From the NCBI GenBank assembly GCA_964016885.1, contig OZ024742.1, positions 77,624,001 through 77,688,000 on the forward strand: a stretch of 64,000 nucleotides of DNA, given 5' to 3'. The stretch comes from Eledone cirrhosa. Taxonomy: Eukaryota. Shown piece after piece: positions 49,101 through 62,700 of this stretch (position 1 is the stretch's first letter; each line of letters opens with the position of its first letter). A model generated the notes under the pieces. The model did not search any database, was not told the origin of the DNA, and saw only the letters and a list, made by a program, of their open reading frames with translations. Made by a program: the position numbers and the translations under genes.

Positions 49101-50506
49101 AAGGTGACTCAACACGTTGGTAGGGATTCTGTGGTGGAAACACGAACAAACGAGGAGTGTAATCAAAAAAGAGAAATAGGACGAAGGGAAACAGTTACAA
49201 CAGGATTTAATCCACGTATTAACAATTGTTTCATCAGAATTTCAGTCCATTATTGCTACACTATGTCATAATAGGCAATCAAGAAAGATACTGTGACATC
49301 CAAACTTTCAAAATACAAAGTTGAAATGACCTTAAGAAATGAAATAAGGGGTAGTAGTATAAAATAGAGGAACAGAGAGAGAGGGGGCAAAAGAGAGGGA
49401 GAGAGAGAGAGAGAAAAGGGACGGAGGTAGGGAGAGAAAGAGAAAGAGATAGGGTGGTGTGAGAGGATTTGTATAGAATATAGTTAAGTTACAAGAAGGG
49501 AGGGGGAGGAGGATTGTGTGCTAAAAGATGTGATGAGTAGAGGGAGAGATAAGGAAGATAGACGCATCGCTACGCAATAAAGCACCCCCAACACCGTTAC
49601 GTAACAACCCTCGCCGACAAAATGTGGCACTTAAAAGGGAGTAACCGACAATACACCCTTAAATGGACCAAACTCTCACATGCTCCTCCATACTGGAGTG
49701 GGATGAAAACGTGCCCGTTGTGTAATAATGAGCTCTTCCATATCCTAAGTTCAGGCCACCAACTACTCAACAACAAAATTGAAAGGTCAATCTTTTGCCA
49801 GCATAAACTGAAAGCGAAATTCTCACACTTCAAACCGTCAAATAAATCTTAACATTACTTTTCTACCCTAAATAACAATTCTACACTCCTAAAAATAGAC
49901 TATATATGAAATTTAATACTTTCTTCCTTCACCTATTCTCTGGTAAAACTTTTGCCTGTCCACTACCAAATGACACTTAACATTATATCTTCCTTATCTC
50001 TCCCTCTACTCATCACAACTTTTAGCACACAATCCTCCCCCCTCCCTTCTTGTAACTTAACTATATTCTATATAAATCCTCTCACACCACCCTATCTCTT
50101 TCTCTTTCTCTCCCTACCACCGTCCCTTTTCTCTCTCTCTCTCCCTCTCTTTTCCCCTCTCTCTCTCTGTTCCTCTATTTTACACTACTACCCCTTATTT
50201 CATTTCCTAAGGTCATTTCAACTTTGTATTTTGAAAATTCGGATGTCACAGTATCTTTCTTGATTGTCTATTATGACATAGTGTAGCAATAATGGACTGA
50301 AAGTCTGATGAAACAATTGTTAATACGTGGATTAAATCCTGTTGTAACTCTTTCCCTTCGTCCTATTTCTCTTTTTTGATTACACTCCTCGGTTGTTCGT
50401 GTTTCGACCAAAGAATCCCCACCAACCTGTTGAGTCACCTTAACGTATGTTGATAACTTTCCTAAAAACTTGTTCTACCAAGCTTTGGAATATTCCTAAT
50501 TACTGA
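46138..50506 (-). mobile_element. Near full-length Penelope-like element family C (ORF about 48992-46669, disrupted) with upstream direct pLTR (49165-49560) and inverted tail copy (49561-50506)
   Basis: SLKNIPLP, VKADKTSNVY, IRLICPSKSDIGKISK, FIQFDI, FDITMGANDSA, YRDDAL, CNC..CPLNNEC, LVYRC..YIGST; HHR-like motifs 46192-46292(-), 49216-49316(-), 50226-50326(+). Confidence 0.92.
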
Positions 50507-50736
50507 ATATATATATATATATATTTCGTTTCTGAATTTGTTTAGCAAGATTCTTTATCTTAAATCGTGTGTTGAAACCGATATTGTTATACTTTGGGAG
50601 GGTCATGTTGCCAATAAGAAACACACGCACCAGTTGCTTTCACTTGAATTTATTATAATAAATTTATAATAAATTTATAATTTTATAAATTTCTGGTTGG
50701 TTTGTTGGTTCCACAACCAGATAGTTGTTTATATAT

Positions 50737-50781
50737 AGTCATAGTTATTTCGTCACACACTCTGTGACCTCTTCAGTGACT
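50737..50781 (-). ncRNA. Minimal type-I hammerhead in family B2 pLTR
   Basis: Reverse complement of 54688-54732. Confidence 0.7.
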
Positions 50782-53700
50782 GGGGATTCCCTTCTTTGTT
50801 TCTGTGCCTCTCCTTTGTTCTGTCCTACGCCATTTTGTTTCTGTGTGTGTGTTGTGTGCTCAATCTGCGCATGCGCCACATCCGGGTGTCTGTGTGTGTT
50901 TATGTTCATTTATTTATTTGTTTATTTACATGTTACTGGTTGGTTGTTTGTTCTATGTGTGTGTGTGTTTTCATTTTGTCCTTAATTGTAAGTTGTGATG
51001 TTGCTGTTCCACTCGTATTTTCTATTTAATTTTGGTTGTAATTCTTTTATGTTTATTGCCTCTGTAATTTGTCTAAACATTGCGTCTTTTCTGTGTGTAG
51101 ATTCTATTTTTATTTCTATGTTCTCTAATTTACCCTTGTGTTCTATTTTAGCATGTTGGTAGAGTACAGATGATTCTTTACTATCATGAAGGTCTCGCCA
51201 GTGTTCATTTATCCGTTCCCCTACACTACGAGCTGTCTCACCTATGTACACTATATTTTTGTCTCTACATTGTCCTTCAGTCATCTTATGCTATACACTA
51301 CATTTCTAGTTTTACAGTTAATATGGGGGCTTATTTTACAGGTTATACATTTCTTATCTATACATGAGGGTCTTTGGAAAGGGTATGTCTTGCTAATAAG
51401 TGTTTTTAAGGAGGTACCTGGTCTTTCTACTATCTTAATATTGAGTTTATGTTTATTTAGGGCCCTTCTAAATTTGTTAGCTAATTCACCTCTAGGGGTT
51501 GTATCGATGAACATTACACTCTGGTATTTATTGCTATCATACCATGAGTTTATTCTATTAGCCTTGTTCCTAGTTCTTTCTATTCTATTCCAAAATTTGC
51601 TCCTATACAAGGGGCAGGTCCCATTTATGTCATCATTTACCATTTTTTCCCATTTAGTTCTATACACTCTGATTTTATCTCACTGATTGTAGCCAGAGAA
51701 CTGCATACGGTGGATGAAGTGTTGTATGTGTCTCGCTAGTTCTTCGGGGTTGCACATGCGGGACACGTTTCTCATCACCCGTACCAAATCCGCAATCAGT
51801 ATGTTGATTTTGGTATGGTCCGAAACGGCCGAGTTTCGGTGGATCAGATGTTTGGAAGTCATGGGTTTGGCATAATGGGAATGGAGGATTTGTTTTTTGT
51901 TATTAATGGTATCTAACCAGAGCTCTGTGTCTCGTATAAGTAATCGATGGTTGGGGTGTTTACTTGGGTAGTCTATAGTAACTCTAATGCTCTGGTGGAT
52001 GGAGTTAGCTATTTGCTGGATGCTTTCCATTGTGTTTTTCTCTAGTTCCTGACTGTTCTCTAGTGGGGGTGTCTTAACTACGATGTTTATATCATCAACT
52101 TAGCGGGAGTACATTATCAGGGTTAAGGGGTCTTCTAATTGTTCTTTAAGTTTAAGTTTAAGTCTACTGTCCCACCATACCATGAATAAGTTAGCTATGT
52201 CGCCTGCAATGCTAACACCAATGGCTGCTCCTTCCTCTTGCTGGTCTTGTAGGGCACAGGTTGCTAAGGTCATATGTGTCTAGGTAATTATTACTATAGG
52301 TAAGTTTAAGTAGGAGTCCCAGCTCACTGGTATCAATCCCACGGAACTCAACATTGCTCTCACTGATCTTTTCTACGCATTTCTCCACAGCAAAATCCAC
52401 GTCAATAGATGGATACAAGGACACAACATCCATACTACCTATTATGCAGTTTGCTATGTCCCTAGATCGGTTACTCACGCCGATTCTGCTGAGGAAGTCC
52501 TCCGTGCTGTCACATACATCTGGGGACATTTCAATGATGGGGCGTATGATCAGGGAGAGGAAGTAGGACAGTCTGTAGTTACTAGCAATGTTAGCTCCCC
52601 AGACTGGCCGCGTCGATGGTCCCGCGACAGGGTCACTGCCCGTTTTATGGTCTTTTCGAAGCCCATACAACGCCGGCACGTCATTGTTCCAGGCCTGGAA
52701 GTTGTTGGCAGTCCTTTTGTTGGGCTGCATTATATTCGTCCACATCACCATATGGGCATTGAGGGCTTTTTCACTATCCTCATGCTCCTGTGGTGTTACC
52801 TCTCTTGTGTTAGTGATGTCGGGTTGCATTGCCTGGATGTAGTTTGGCAGGCTGTCAACCGACATTCTGCCAGACTTGTCTGTTGGAAAGCATGCTATCT
52901 CTCCATTACGCAAGCACTGCATGAGCTTACGCGAGCCATTTGCAGATTTTTCTCCCAGTTGCTGGGCCTCCATTCTATTATGCTTCTTGCTATACTGTTC
53001 TATAATATTTCTAAGTTCGGGTCTAGCTATACTAAATTGTGCTTCTGTTTGTTCATCGACCTGCGACGGCAATTGCGAGCGTTTGTTAAATGGTAGAGTC
53101 GTGGCGTGGACTCGTCGCAGGTCGAACGATTTATCGGAGGGATTATAAAACATAGAGTTCCAGGCTGCTGCTTTATGTGTACTAGTGCTATTGTTATTGT
53201 TAGTTGTGTTGTTTCTATTTCTATTTCCACCAACAGCCTCATGGTTGTTTCTATGTCTCTCATAATTACTCCTGTCTCTTTCCACTGGCTCATTGTTGTG
53301 ATCTACCCTATTTTGTGTGTCTGTGTGTTCGTCTTGGTTATTTTCTTTGTCCTTAGTCTCCCTTCTCCTTTTAATCCTATTACTTTCCCTTATTTCTGTG
53401 ATTTCTGTGCTACTGTCATTACTTGTTCTCTGTGTCTGTGTGTTTGTTAAGATTGTGGTGGTGGTGGGAGGCATTGAATGTGTGCGTGTTGTTGTTGTTG
53501 ATGTGTGCTGTTGTTGATGTGTGTTGTTGTTGTCTCCGTGTGTGTTATTATTGTTGTGTGTGTTGTTATTGTTGTTTGTGTCTGCGTGTCTGTTGTTGTT
53601 GTTTCTGGGTATGTTATTATTGTTGTTGTTGTGGGTGTGTGTGTTGTTGTTATTGTTGTTTGTGTATGTGTGTCTGTTGTTGTTGGGATGTGCAACCCCG

Positions 53701-54687
53701 AAGAACTAGAGAGACACATAAAAACTTCATCCACCGTATGCAGTTCTCTGGCTACAATCAGAGAGATAAAATCAGAGAGATAAAATCAGAGTGTATAGAG
53801 GGGCCAGAACTAAATGGGAAAAAATGGTAAATAATGACATAAATGGGACCTGCCCCTTGTATAGGAGCAACTTTTGGAATAGAATAGAAAGAACTAGGAA
53901 CAAGGCTAATAGAATAAACTCATGGTATGATAGCAATAAATACCAGAGTGTAATGTTCATCGATACAACCCCTAGAGGTGAATTAGCTTACAAATTTAGA
54001 AGGGCCCTAAATAAACATAAACTCAATATTAAGATAGTAGAAAGACCAGGTACCTCCTTAAAAACACTTATTAGCAAGACATACCCTTTTCAAAGACCCC
54101 CATGTATAGATAAGAAATGTATAACCTGTAAAATAAGCCCCCATATTAACTGTAAAACTAGAAATGTAGTGTATAGCATAAGATGTACTGAAGGACAATG
54201 TAGAGACAAAATATATAGTGTACATAGGTGAGACAGCTCGTAGTGTAGGGGAACGGATAAATGAACACTGGCGAGACCTTCAAGATAGTAAAGAATCATC
54301 TGTACTCTACCAACATGCTAAAATAGAACACAAGGGTAAATTAGAGAACGTAGAAATAAAAATAGAATCTACACACAGAAAAGACGCAATGTTTAGACAA
54401 ATTACAGAGGCAATAAACATAAAAGAATTACAACCAAAATTAAATAGAAAATATGAGTGGAACAGCAACATCACAACTTACAATTAAGGACAAAATGAAA
54501 ACACACACACACATAGAGCAAACAACCAACCAGTAACATGTAAATAAACAAATAAATAAATGAACATAAACACACACAGACACCCGGATGTGGCGCATGC
54601 GCAGACTGAGCACACAACAGACACACAGAAACAAAATGGCGTAGGACAGAACAAAGGAGAGGCACAGAAACAAAGAAAGGAATCCCC

Positions 54688-54732
54688 AGTCACTGAAGAG
54701 GTCACAGAGTGTGTGACGAAATAACTATGACT
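54688..54732 (+). ncRNA. Minimal type-I hammerhead in family B2 pLTR
   Basis: AGUCA-CUGAAGA-G-GUCAC(agagugu)GUGAC-GAAA-UAAC-UA^UGACU. Confidence 0.7.
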
Positions 54733-54864
54733 ATATATAAACAACTATCTGGTTGTGGAACCAACCAACCAGAAATTTATAAAATTATAAATTTATTATA
54801 ATAAATTGAAGTGAAACAACTGGTGCGTGTGTTTCTTATTGGCAACATGACCCTCCCAAAGTAT

Positions 54865-54908
<44 letters not shown>

Positions 54909-54970
54909 TATATATGTATATATAATATATATATATATGTATATATAATATATATATATATGTATATATA

Positions 54971-55010
<40 letters not shown>

Positions 55011-55011
<1 letters not shown>

Positions 55012-55531
55012 GTTAAAAGAATAGAGGTGTAACACACAAGTTATTATATATTGGTAAACGGAATAGAAAATGCTGACAAATTGTTCACAGTTGAAAAATG
55101 GTTTAATTAGGAATAAAAGAGTATTAGTGATTGTATGGGTTAGTATTCAGTTGTGGTTTTAAGATTTTAAGTTTTTACCGGTTGCGCATTTCTAAATGCT
55201 TTTCAAAAATAATTTTGAGATAGAGTGTCCGTGCTGTTTGCTCTGATCTGATTAGTTTTGGGAATTCTACCTGTTTTTATGTTAAAAAAATGGCTCCAGC
55301 GTTATTTTTGTGTTGCAAAAATGCTTGTGGTCAAAACAATTTTGATTGGTCGGTAGAGGTCATGTGAATGTAAAAAGTTGATTTTGCGCCAAGACTGTTT
55401 TTATGTTAAAATGTTAGAAAAGTGGCTCCAGCAAAAATTAATGGTCAAAACAATTTTGATTGGTCGGTAGAGGTCATGTGGATAAAAAATTGGTTTTGCG
55501 CCAAGATTGAGAAATGACTCTTTCACAACAA

Positions 55532-55610
<79 letters not shown>

Positions 55611-55911
55611 TGTGTGTGTGTGTGTGTGTAGTAGTAGTAGTAAGGTGTTCGATGCTGCGACAATAGCCACCATTTTTTTAACATAAAAACAGGTAGAATT
55701 CCCAAAACTAATCAGATCAGAGCAAACAGCACGGACACTCTATCTCAAAATTATTTTTGAAAAGCATTTAGAAATGCGCAACTGGTAAAAACTTAAAAAC
55801 TTAAAAACACAACTGAATACTAACCCATACAATCACTAATACTCTTTTATTCCTAATTAAACCATTTTTCAACTGTGAACAATTTGTCAGCATTTTCTAT
55901 TCCGTTTACCA

Positions 55912-55912
<1 letters not shown>
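55011..55912. repeat. Fold-back pLTR-like element with (TG)n spacer
   Basis: 55051-55292 is the reverse complement of about 55672-55912; internal ~120-bp tandem; (TG)n 55534-55629. Confidence 0.85.
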
Positions 55913-55945
<33 letters not shown>

Positions 55946-56058
55946 TATTTGTATATATATATAATATATATATATGTATATATATATTATATATATATGT
56001 ATATATATATAATATATATATATGTATATATATATTATATATATATATTATATATATA

Positions 56059-56129
<71 letters not shown>

Positions 56130-56634
56130 TATATAATTTATATATATATATATCTATACTTCATATATATATATATATATAATTCAAATATATGTATATA
56201 TATATATAATTTATATATATGTATATATATATATAATTTTATAATTTACATATATGTATATATATTTATAATTTATATATATCTATATATATATATAATT
56301 TTATAATTTATATATATGTATATATATTTATAATTTATATATATCTATATATATATAATTTTATAATTTATATATATTTATATATATTTATAATTTATAT
56401 ATATCTATATATATATATATCATTTTATAATTTATATATATGTATATATATTTATAATTTATATATATCTATATATATATATATAATTTTATAATTTATA
56501 TATATGTATATATTTTTATAATTTATATATATGTATATATATTTATAATTTATATATATGTATATATTTTTATAATTTATATATATATGTATATATATTT
56601 ATAATTTATATATATCTATATATATATATAATTT

Positions 56635-56666
<32 letters not shown>

Positions 56667-56920
56667 TATATATATATATATAATTTATATATATGTATAT
56701 ATATATATAATTTATTTATATATATATGTATATATATATATAATTTATTTATATATATATGTATATATATATATAATTTATTAATATATATATATATATT
56801 TATATAATTTATTAATATATATATATAAATTTATATAATTTATATAAATATATTAATATATATATATATATTTATATTTTATATATATGTATGTATATAT
56901 ATAATTTATTTATATATATA
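55913..56920. repeat. (TA)n/(TA)nAATT microsatellite
   Basis: Direct inspection. Confidence 0.95.
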
Positions 56921-59128
56921 ACCCTTTCGACGTGAGTATGGGCGCCAGTGATTCTGCGGAGATTACTGATCTTATCGGCCTTTTCCTTCTTTTCTCTATC
57001 AACGACGAATTCCCCAACGCGGGCGGTGGTTTGTACCGTGACAATGGTCTTTTGACCATGACTAAGTGCGGACCTCGTGCTTGCGACAGGTTCAGAAAAT
57101 ACTCACTACCTTCTTTAAAGGCTTCAGCCTCTCTATACAGGTTGAGGCCAATCTCTCGGTCGTTAATTACCCCGACGTTACCCACAATTTATTGTATGGG
57201 TTGTATTACCCGTATAGAAAGCAGAATGATACGCTTAATTACATAAGTAAGCATTCCAACGACCCTGCCAGCATAACCAAGAACCTGGTAAGAAACGTTT
57301 CGTTGAGGCTTTCCCGTCTTTCCAACAACGAGCGTATTTTCAACGACCATTCCACTTATTACAATGAAGCTCTTGTTCGAAGTGGATTTGTCGATAAGGT
57401 AGCATATACAGAGTACGAAAATAGACCGAGAAGAAATAGATCCCGTCGCATTTGTTGGTATAACCCACCATATAATATGGAGGTGGCCACACCATTAGCT
57501 AAGATCTTTCTTTCCCTTATTATGAAGCATTTTCCACCTTCACATAAATATAGTAACATTTTTAATAGAAATACTATTAAAATTTCTTACTCTACGACTC
57601 CTAACCTTGCACATAACATCACAGCTTCAAATTTAGCTAACTACCTGGCCGTAGGAACACGTGCAACCCTGTAGTTAGTACTAACTGTAATTGTAGGAAT
57701 CGGGTTGATTGCCCCCTATTCAGGAAATGCCTCTCTAGTAACATTGTCTACAAATGTAAGGTTGTAACACCCACGTTCCGTAGGGACTACATAGGGTTAA
57801 CGGCCAATAGATTCAAGCAGCGTCTTTACATGCATACCCATTCTTTTCGTTACCCTCTAAGAAGGAATATGACGTCACTTTCAGCTTATATCTGAAGTCT
57901 AAAAGACAAGCACACCCAATATAAGATACACTGGGAGATCCTAGCTAGGGCTAGATCGTATAACGGAAATAAAAGACCATGTGACCTCTGCGCCTCTGAG
58001 GCCCTGGAAATGCTTTACGCCACAGACCACATCTTAAACAAAAAATCTGAGGCGATTTCGGATTGTAAACATAAATTGCACAAAACTTTCCTGTATTACA
58101 GCCCCACGTTATATCCTATCGGATAGTACGATCTATACGTGGATATTTTACGTCTTGATGTGGGAGCTAAGTATATGTTTTGTTTATACCTTTACTTATT
58201 TGCATAGGTAAGTATATATTACCCGTATGTTTTGTGAAGGTACGTATACCTTCTCGTACGTATATTTGATTGTTATGGCCTATCATTTTTATATATTCTG
58301 GTACATATGGTTTGGCTATGTGTATACGGGAGTTTTGCGTCTGCGTGAGTATGCAGGTTCGTACGTATCTAGGGTGTGTGTATATGTGTACTTCATGTTT
58401 TGGTTGACTTACGTCTCCGAACATTCGTGTATTTACATGTAGGTATGTGTGTGCGCTTGTTATATACGTATTTATTTATTTATATACGTTTATATAGTTA
58501 TTTATTTATTTGTATACACGCATACACACAGACACATATTTATATGTGCGTGGTTTTGTATACCTATGGTAAGTTTTTGCGTATGCTTGTGTATGTACGT
58601 ATTTGTTTGCGTGTATGTATTTATTTATTTCTATTACTTCTGTATTGTATTTATTTACTTTGTTCTTTACTCTGTAGCGGAGATTCATTTGGTCTCCTAG
58701 TTAGAATTTTAGTCTACGACTTCTGCTATATCATTTACGTGGTTTTGTCTTTGCGTGCTATTGTTCTCCACGATCCACATATGACGTATCATCTTCGTTT
58801 TTTTCGTTCATTGCCAGAGAACGTCTCTATGCACCACCTAAGAGAACATTAGTCTACGACCTCTTTTAAACCATAAACGTGGTTCTGTCTTTGCGCGTAA
58901 TTGTTTATCACCGCTCCTATTAATGACGTATTATATTCGTTATTTCCCGTTCTTTGCCAGCGAACGTTTCCACGAACCAAAGTATTGTCTTCCTGTCTTC
59001 CTCCGGTTGCAACGTTTTTTGAAATATTCAGTTCTGCGTTTACAAATTGGCTTTCTTAGTTTCAGAAGATCCCGTTAAGGGTGAAAGCAGCGATTCTTTG
59101 CTTAAACTTTAATCTGTTATTTTAATAA
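56921..59128 (+). mobile_element. 5'-truncated Penelope-like element family D (RT, GIY-YIG, 3'UTR with HHR-like 59058-59108)
   Basis: FDVSMGASDSAEITDLIG, GGLYRDNG, WYNPPY, KHFPPSH, CNCRNRVDCPL, IVYKC..YIGLTANRFKQR, CDLC; frameshifted. Confidence 0.9.
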
Positions 59129-59167
59129 ATATATATATATATATATATATGAGAGATATATATATAT

Positions 59168-59371
59168 ATGTGAGAAAAACCACAGACCCTCCATCTCAAC
59201 TCACCTTTTGAAAAGCAGAAGAACTGCGAAACCGGTAAAGGAACCAAATAAATATATATATTTTTAAAAAAAATAAGACTTCAGTTGCATTTTCGATTTC
59301 ATCCCTTTTTCTTCATACTTCCACTCGTGTAGGACACCTCGGTTATTTTTCATTTTGTAAAAAAACCTCAC

Positions 59372-59378
<7 letters not shown>
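59168..59378 (+). mobile_element. Solo copy of the 26.6-kb mini-element with UUGAAAA hammerhead (59204-59241)
   Basis: Near-identical to the reverse complement of 26621-26830. Confidence 0.85.
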
Positions 59379-59424
<46 letters not shown>

Positions 59425-59507
59425 ATATATATGTACGTATATATATAACTTATTTATATATTATATATATATATATAATATATATATATGTATATATATA
59501 CATTATT

Positions 59508-59545
<38 letters not shown>

Positions 59546-59654
59546 TAGATATATATAATTTATATGTATATATATACATAATTTATTTATATATATATAT
59601 AATCTATATGTATATATATATATATAATTTATTTATATATATATATATATATCT

Positions 59655-62452
59655 AAGGCGGGTAAAATTCCCGAGATCCATGGACAAGTTCTCTCCAGCG
59701 GTCTCTGTCCCTCATTATCGCTGCCATGTCCTGCCTCTGCAACAGACCAGTGTCTGTCCTTAGGGCATCAACATACGTGAACCTTGGTCTTCCCCTTCTA
59801 GTGTGTCCATGTAGGGGCTCCTACAGGAGCACTGAGTGCAATGTCAACTTTGGATGTCGGTGAGCATGTCCAGCTAACCTCAATCTCCTCTGTGTCACTT
59901 TTGAGCTGACTTTTAGGATGCTCCCATACAGCTCTGACTTTTTCATCCTCAGTGTATGCTGATTAATGTTCAGAGCCCCATCCTCAGCATTCTCGTGTAG
60001 CACCCATCCACCATCTGAGTGAGTTTCTTGGTCAGTTTCCAAGTCTCAGACCCATACAGCAGCACAGACTCCACTACAGCAATGAAGAGGCGGATTTTCA
60101 GGTCTTTACGAAGGTCCGACTTCCACACCGATCTCAAGCTGTAGCACGCCGCCCAGGCCTTGCTCTTCCTCTCAACCACATCATCTTCCGTATTCCCAAT
60201 CTTTGCTCCCAAATACAGGAAGCCCTCAACCAAGTCTAGCGGCTTCCCGCCTACATTAGTGATCCCATCTGGCTTCTCAACATTCTCTACCAGATATTTT
60301 GTGTTAGTCTCATTCATAGTGTTTCTCCAGTGCAAGGCGCATACGATAGTCCACTACGATGATAAAAAGGTAGGGAACCAATGTATCTCCCTGGAGCACT
60401 CCAGCCAGTATCTCAAAGAACTCTGTCATCCCATCAGGTGTTATGACATGGGCTCTGGTGTTGGTGTAGAGCAGTGATATCAGGTCCACTATCATCTTGG
60501 GGATTCCATAAGCATGTAAGATCTTCATTAGGCAGTAACGGTCCACAGAATCAAAGGCCTTCCTAAAGTCAATGAAAACCATGACCGCAGGAAGCTGTCT
60601 CTGAGACAAATATAAAGAATGCAGTTGTGTCCTGCAGAAGAGCCATCAAAATGGGCACTTTAAATGTGAGGACTATTCAGACGCTGGAGAAGAGAGAGAA
60701 GTTGGGACATCTGTTCGAGGAGAGTGGTATACAGATACTTGCGATCCAAGAACACAGGATCCTACACGATGAGCCCGTGAGGAGTGTGATGATCGGGAAG
60801 ACGAGCCAGCTCATCACTACATCAGCAGTGAAGAACATGACCAATGCTGCAGTAGGAGGAGTGGGTTTTGTGTTCAGTGCAAAAACCAATCTATTGGTGA
60901 GGGAAATAATGCCTGTCTCCCCGCGAGTGTTGAGGGTGACCTTCAATGGAAACCCAAGACTGACAGTCATCTCAGCCTATAGTCCAACCGAAGCGGACAG
61001 TCATGTGAGTGCGGAAGAGTTCCATGAGTAGATGTGTAGAGCTGTCAACACCACTCAAGCACACAATATCCTGCTTGTTTTGGGGGACTTCAATGCACAT
61101 CTGAGTAAGGAGGGCAGTGAAGATCCTTGCTGGTACTTCCATAACAACACCAACCGAAATGGAAGACTACTAAGAGACACCTTGCTGGAGGCGAACTTGA
61201 TAGCGACCAACCTAAGGTTTAGGAAGAATCTGGGGAAGATGTGGACCTACATCTCAGATATGCACCTGTCCAAGTCCCAGATTGATTTCATTCTGGTGAG
61301 GAAAAAGTGGCGGAATAGTGTTCTGAACACAGAACCATACAACTATTTCAGTACACAGGGTAGTGACCACCCGCTTGTTATGAGTGAGGTCCGGGTGAGC
61401 TTAAGAAAGAGCAAGGCTTGGCCCCGGAGAGCAATCTATGACTGGGGAGCTTTCAAGAAAGATGATAAGCTACAGGATAGGTTCACAGTGGAAGTGAGGA
61501 ACAGGTTTAGTGCTATGTGTGGAGAGTCAGAGGAGAGAGAGATTGGATGGACTGAGGAGAGTGTGACGAGGAGGTACGGGCACTTCACCAATGCAGTGGC
61601 AGAAGCAAGTGAAACCCTGGTGCAGAGGAAAAAGAACAAAAGGAAGCACGTCAGCTCTGCAAACCCAAAAGTGTGTGCAGCCAGAGAAGACCTGAAAGCT
61701 TCCAAGGACCGATTCTATGCTGATCCTACGAAGGAGAGGGTGGAGACTGTGGAGGTGATGAGGGAAGAACTCTGTACCGCTTACACTGAGGTCAGAGAGG
61801 AGGCACTGATAGAGAAGATCAGAAGTGTGGAGAGAGCGGTTGACAGATTTGGATGTAAGGAGAGCTGGATGATCATCAGCGAGATCAAACGGAAGAAGAG
61901 AAGGTGTTCGAGTCAGATCCAGGGAACGAAGCCCGAGGATAGAAAGAGGAAATGGCTAGACCATTTTAGGACCCTACTAGGAGAGCCACCCTCCACAGAG
62001 CACTGGGGAGATCAGGCGGCTGTTTGAGGAACTGGATGTTGAGACAGAACCCTTCACCAGAGAGGAGCTTCAGAGAGCCGAGAAGAGGATCAAGGAGGGC
62101 AAGGCTCATGGAGAAGATGGAGTGGCATCAGAGGTGATGAAGTGGTGTGATTTTGATGATATCATCCTGAGGTTCTGTAACCGGGCACTGGAGAAAGGAA
62201 TTGCACCGAATCAGTGGAGGATCAGTAACATCGCCCCAGTGCCAAACAAGGGAGATCCTCTAACACCAAAAACTACAAGGGGATCTCACTGACGTCACTT
62301 GTGGTAAACACCCTCAACAGGATGATTCTTAACAGGATCCAGCCTGAGATGGAGAAGAAGCTGAGGGACGACTAGAACGGCTTCAGAGAGGGAAGATCAA
62401 CCACCAGTCACATCCTGATGCTGAGGGGGATATTAGAGGGAGCTAGAGCAAA
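59655..62452 (-). mobile_element. RTE-like LINE, nearly full length, with large 5' inversion (3' half minus 59655-60605; APE plus RT N-half plus 60608-62452)
   Basis: APE: GTLNVRT, LAIQEHR, SAYSPT, LGDFNAH, QIDFIL, SDHPLV. RT: FIDFRKAFDSV, GVLQGDTL, FLYLG, VESVLLYGSETW, RRLRLAGH. Stops and an internal deletion are present. Confidence 0.92.
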
Positions 62453-62494
62453 ATATATATATATATATAATTCATATGTATATATATATATATA

Positions 62495-62542
<48 letters not shown>

Positions 62543-62572
62543 GTATATATGTATATATATATATAATTTATA

Positions 62573-62647
<75 letters not shown>

Positions 62648-62656
62648 ATATATATA

Positions 62657-62700
<44 letters not shown>

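Larger units (their letters stand above)
50524..54870 (-). mobile_element. Penelope-like element family B2 (Naiad-like): long minus copy 50524-53686 plus inverted 3' copy 53687-54870
   Basis: PTDKSGR, LYGLRKDHK, GSMDVVSLYPSI, SR*VDD, HYAKPM, NVVYSIRC..YIGETARS; low-complexity Thr/Asn N-terminal region; clade label is inference. Confidence 0.9.

Noticed and set aside
51281-51283. TGA at the Cys position of the GIY-YIG motif (YSIR*)
   Set aside because: The sister copy at 54181 shows tgtactgaa; a 1-nt deletion frameshift creates the TGA
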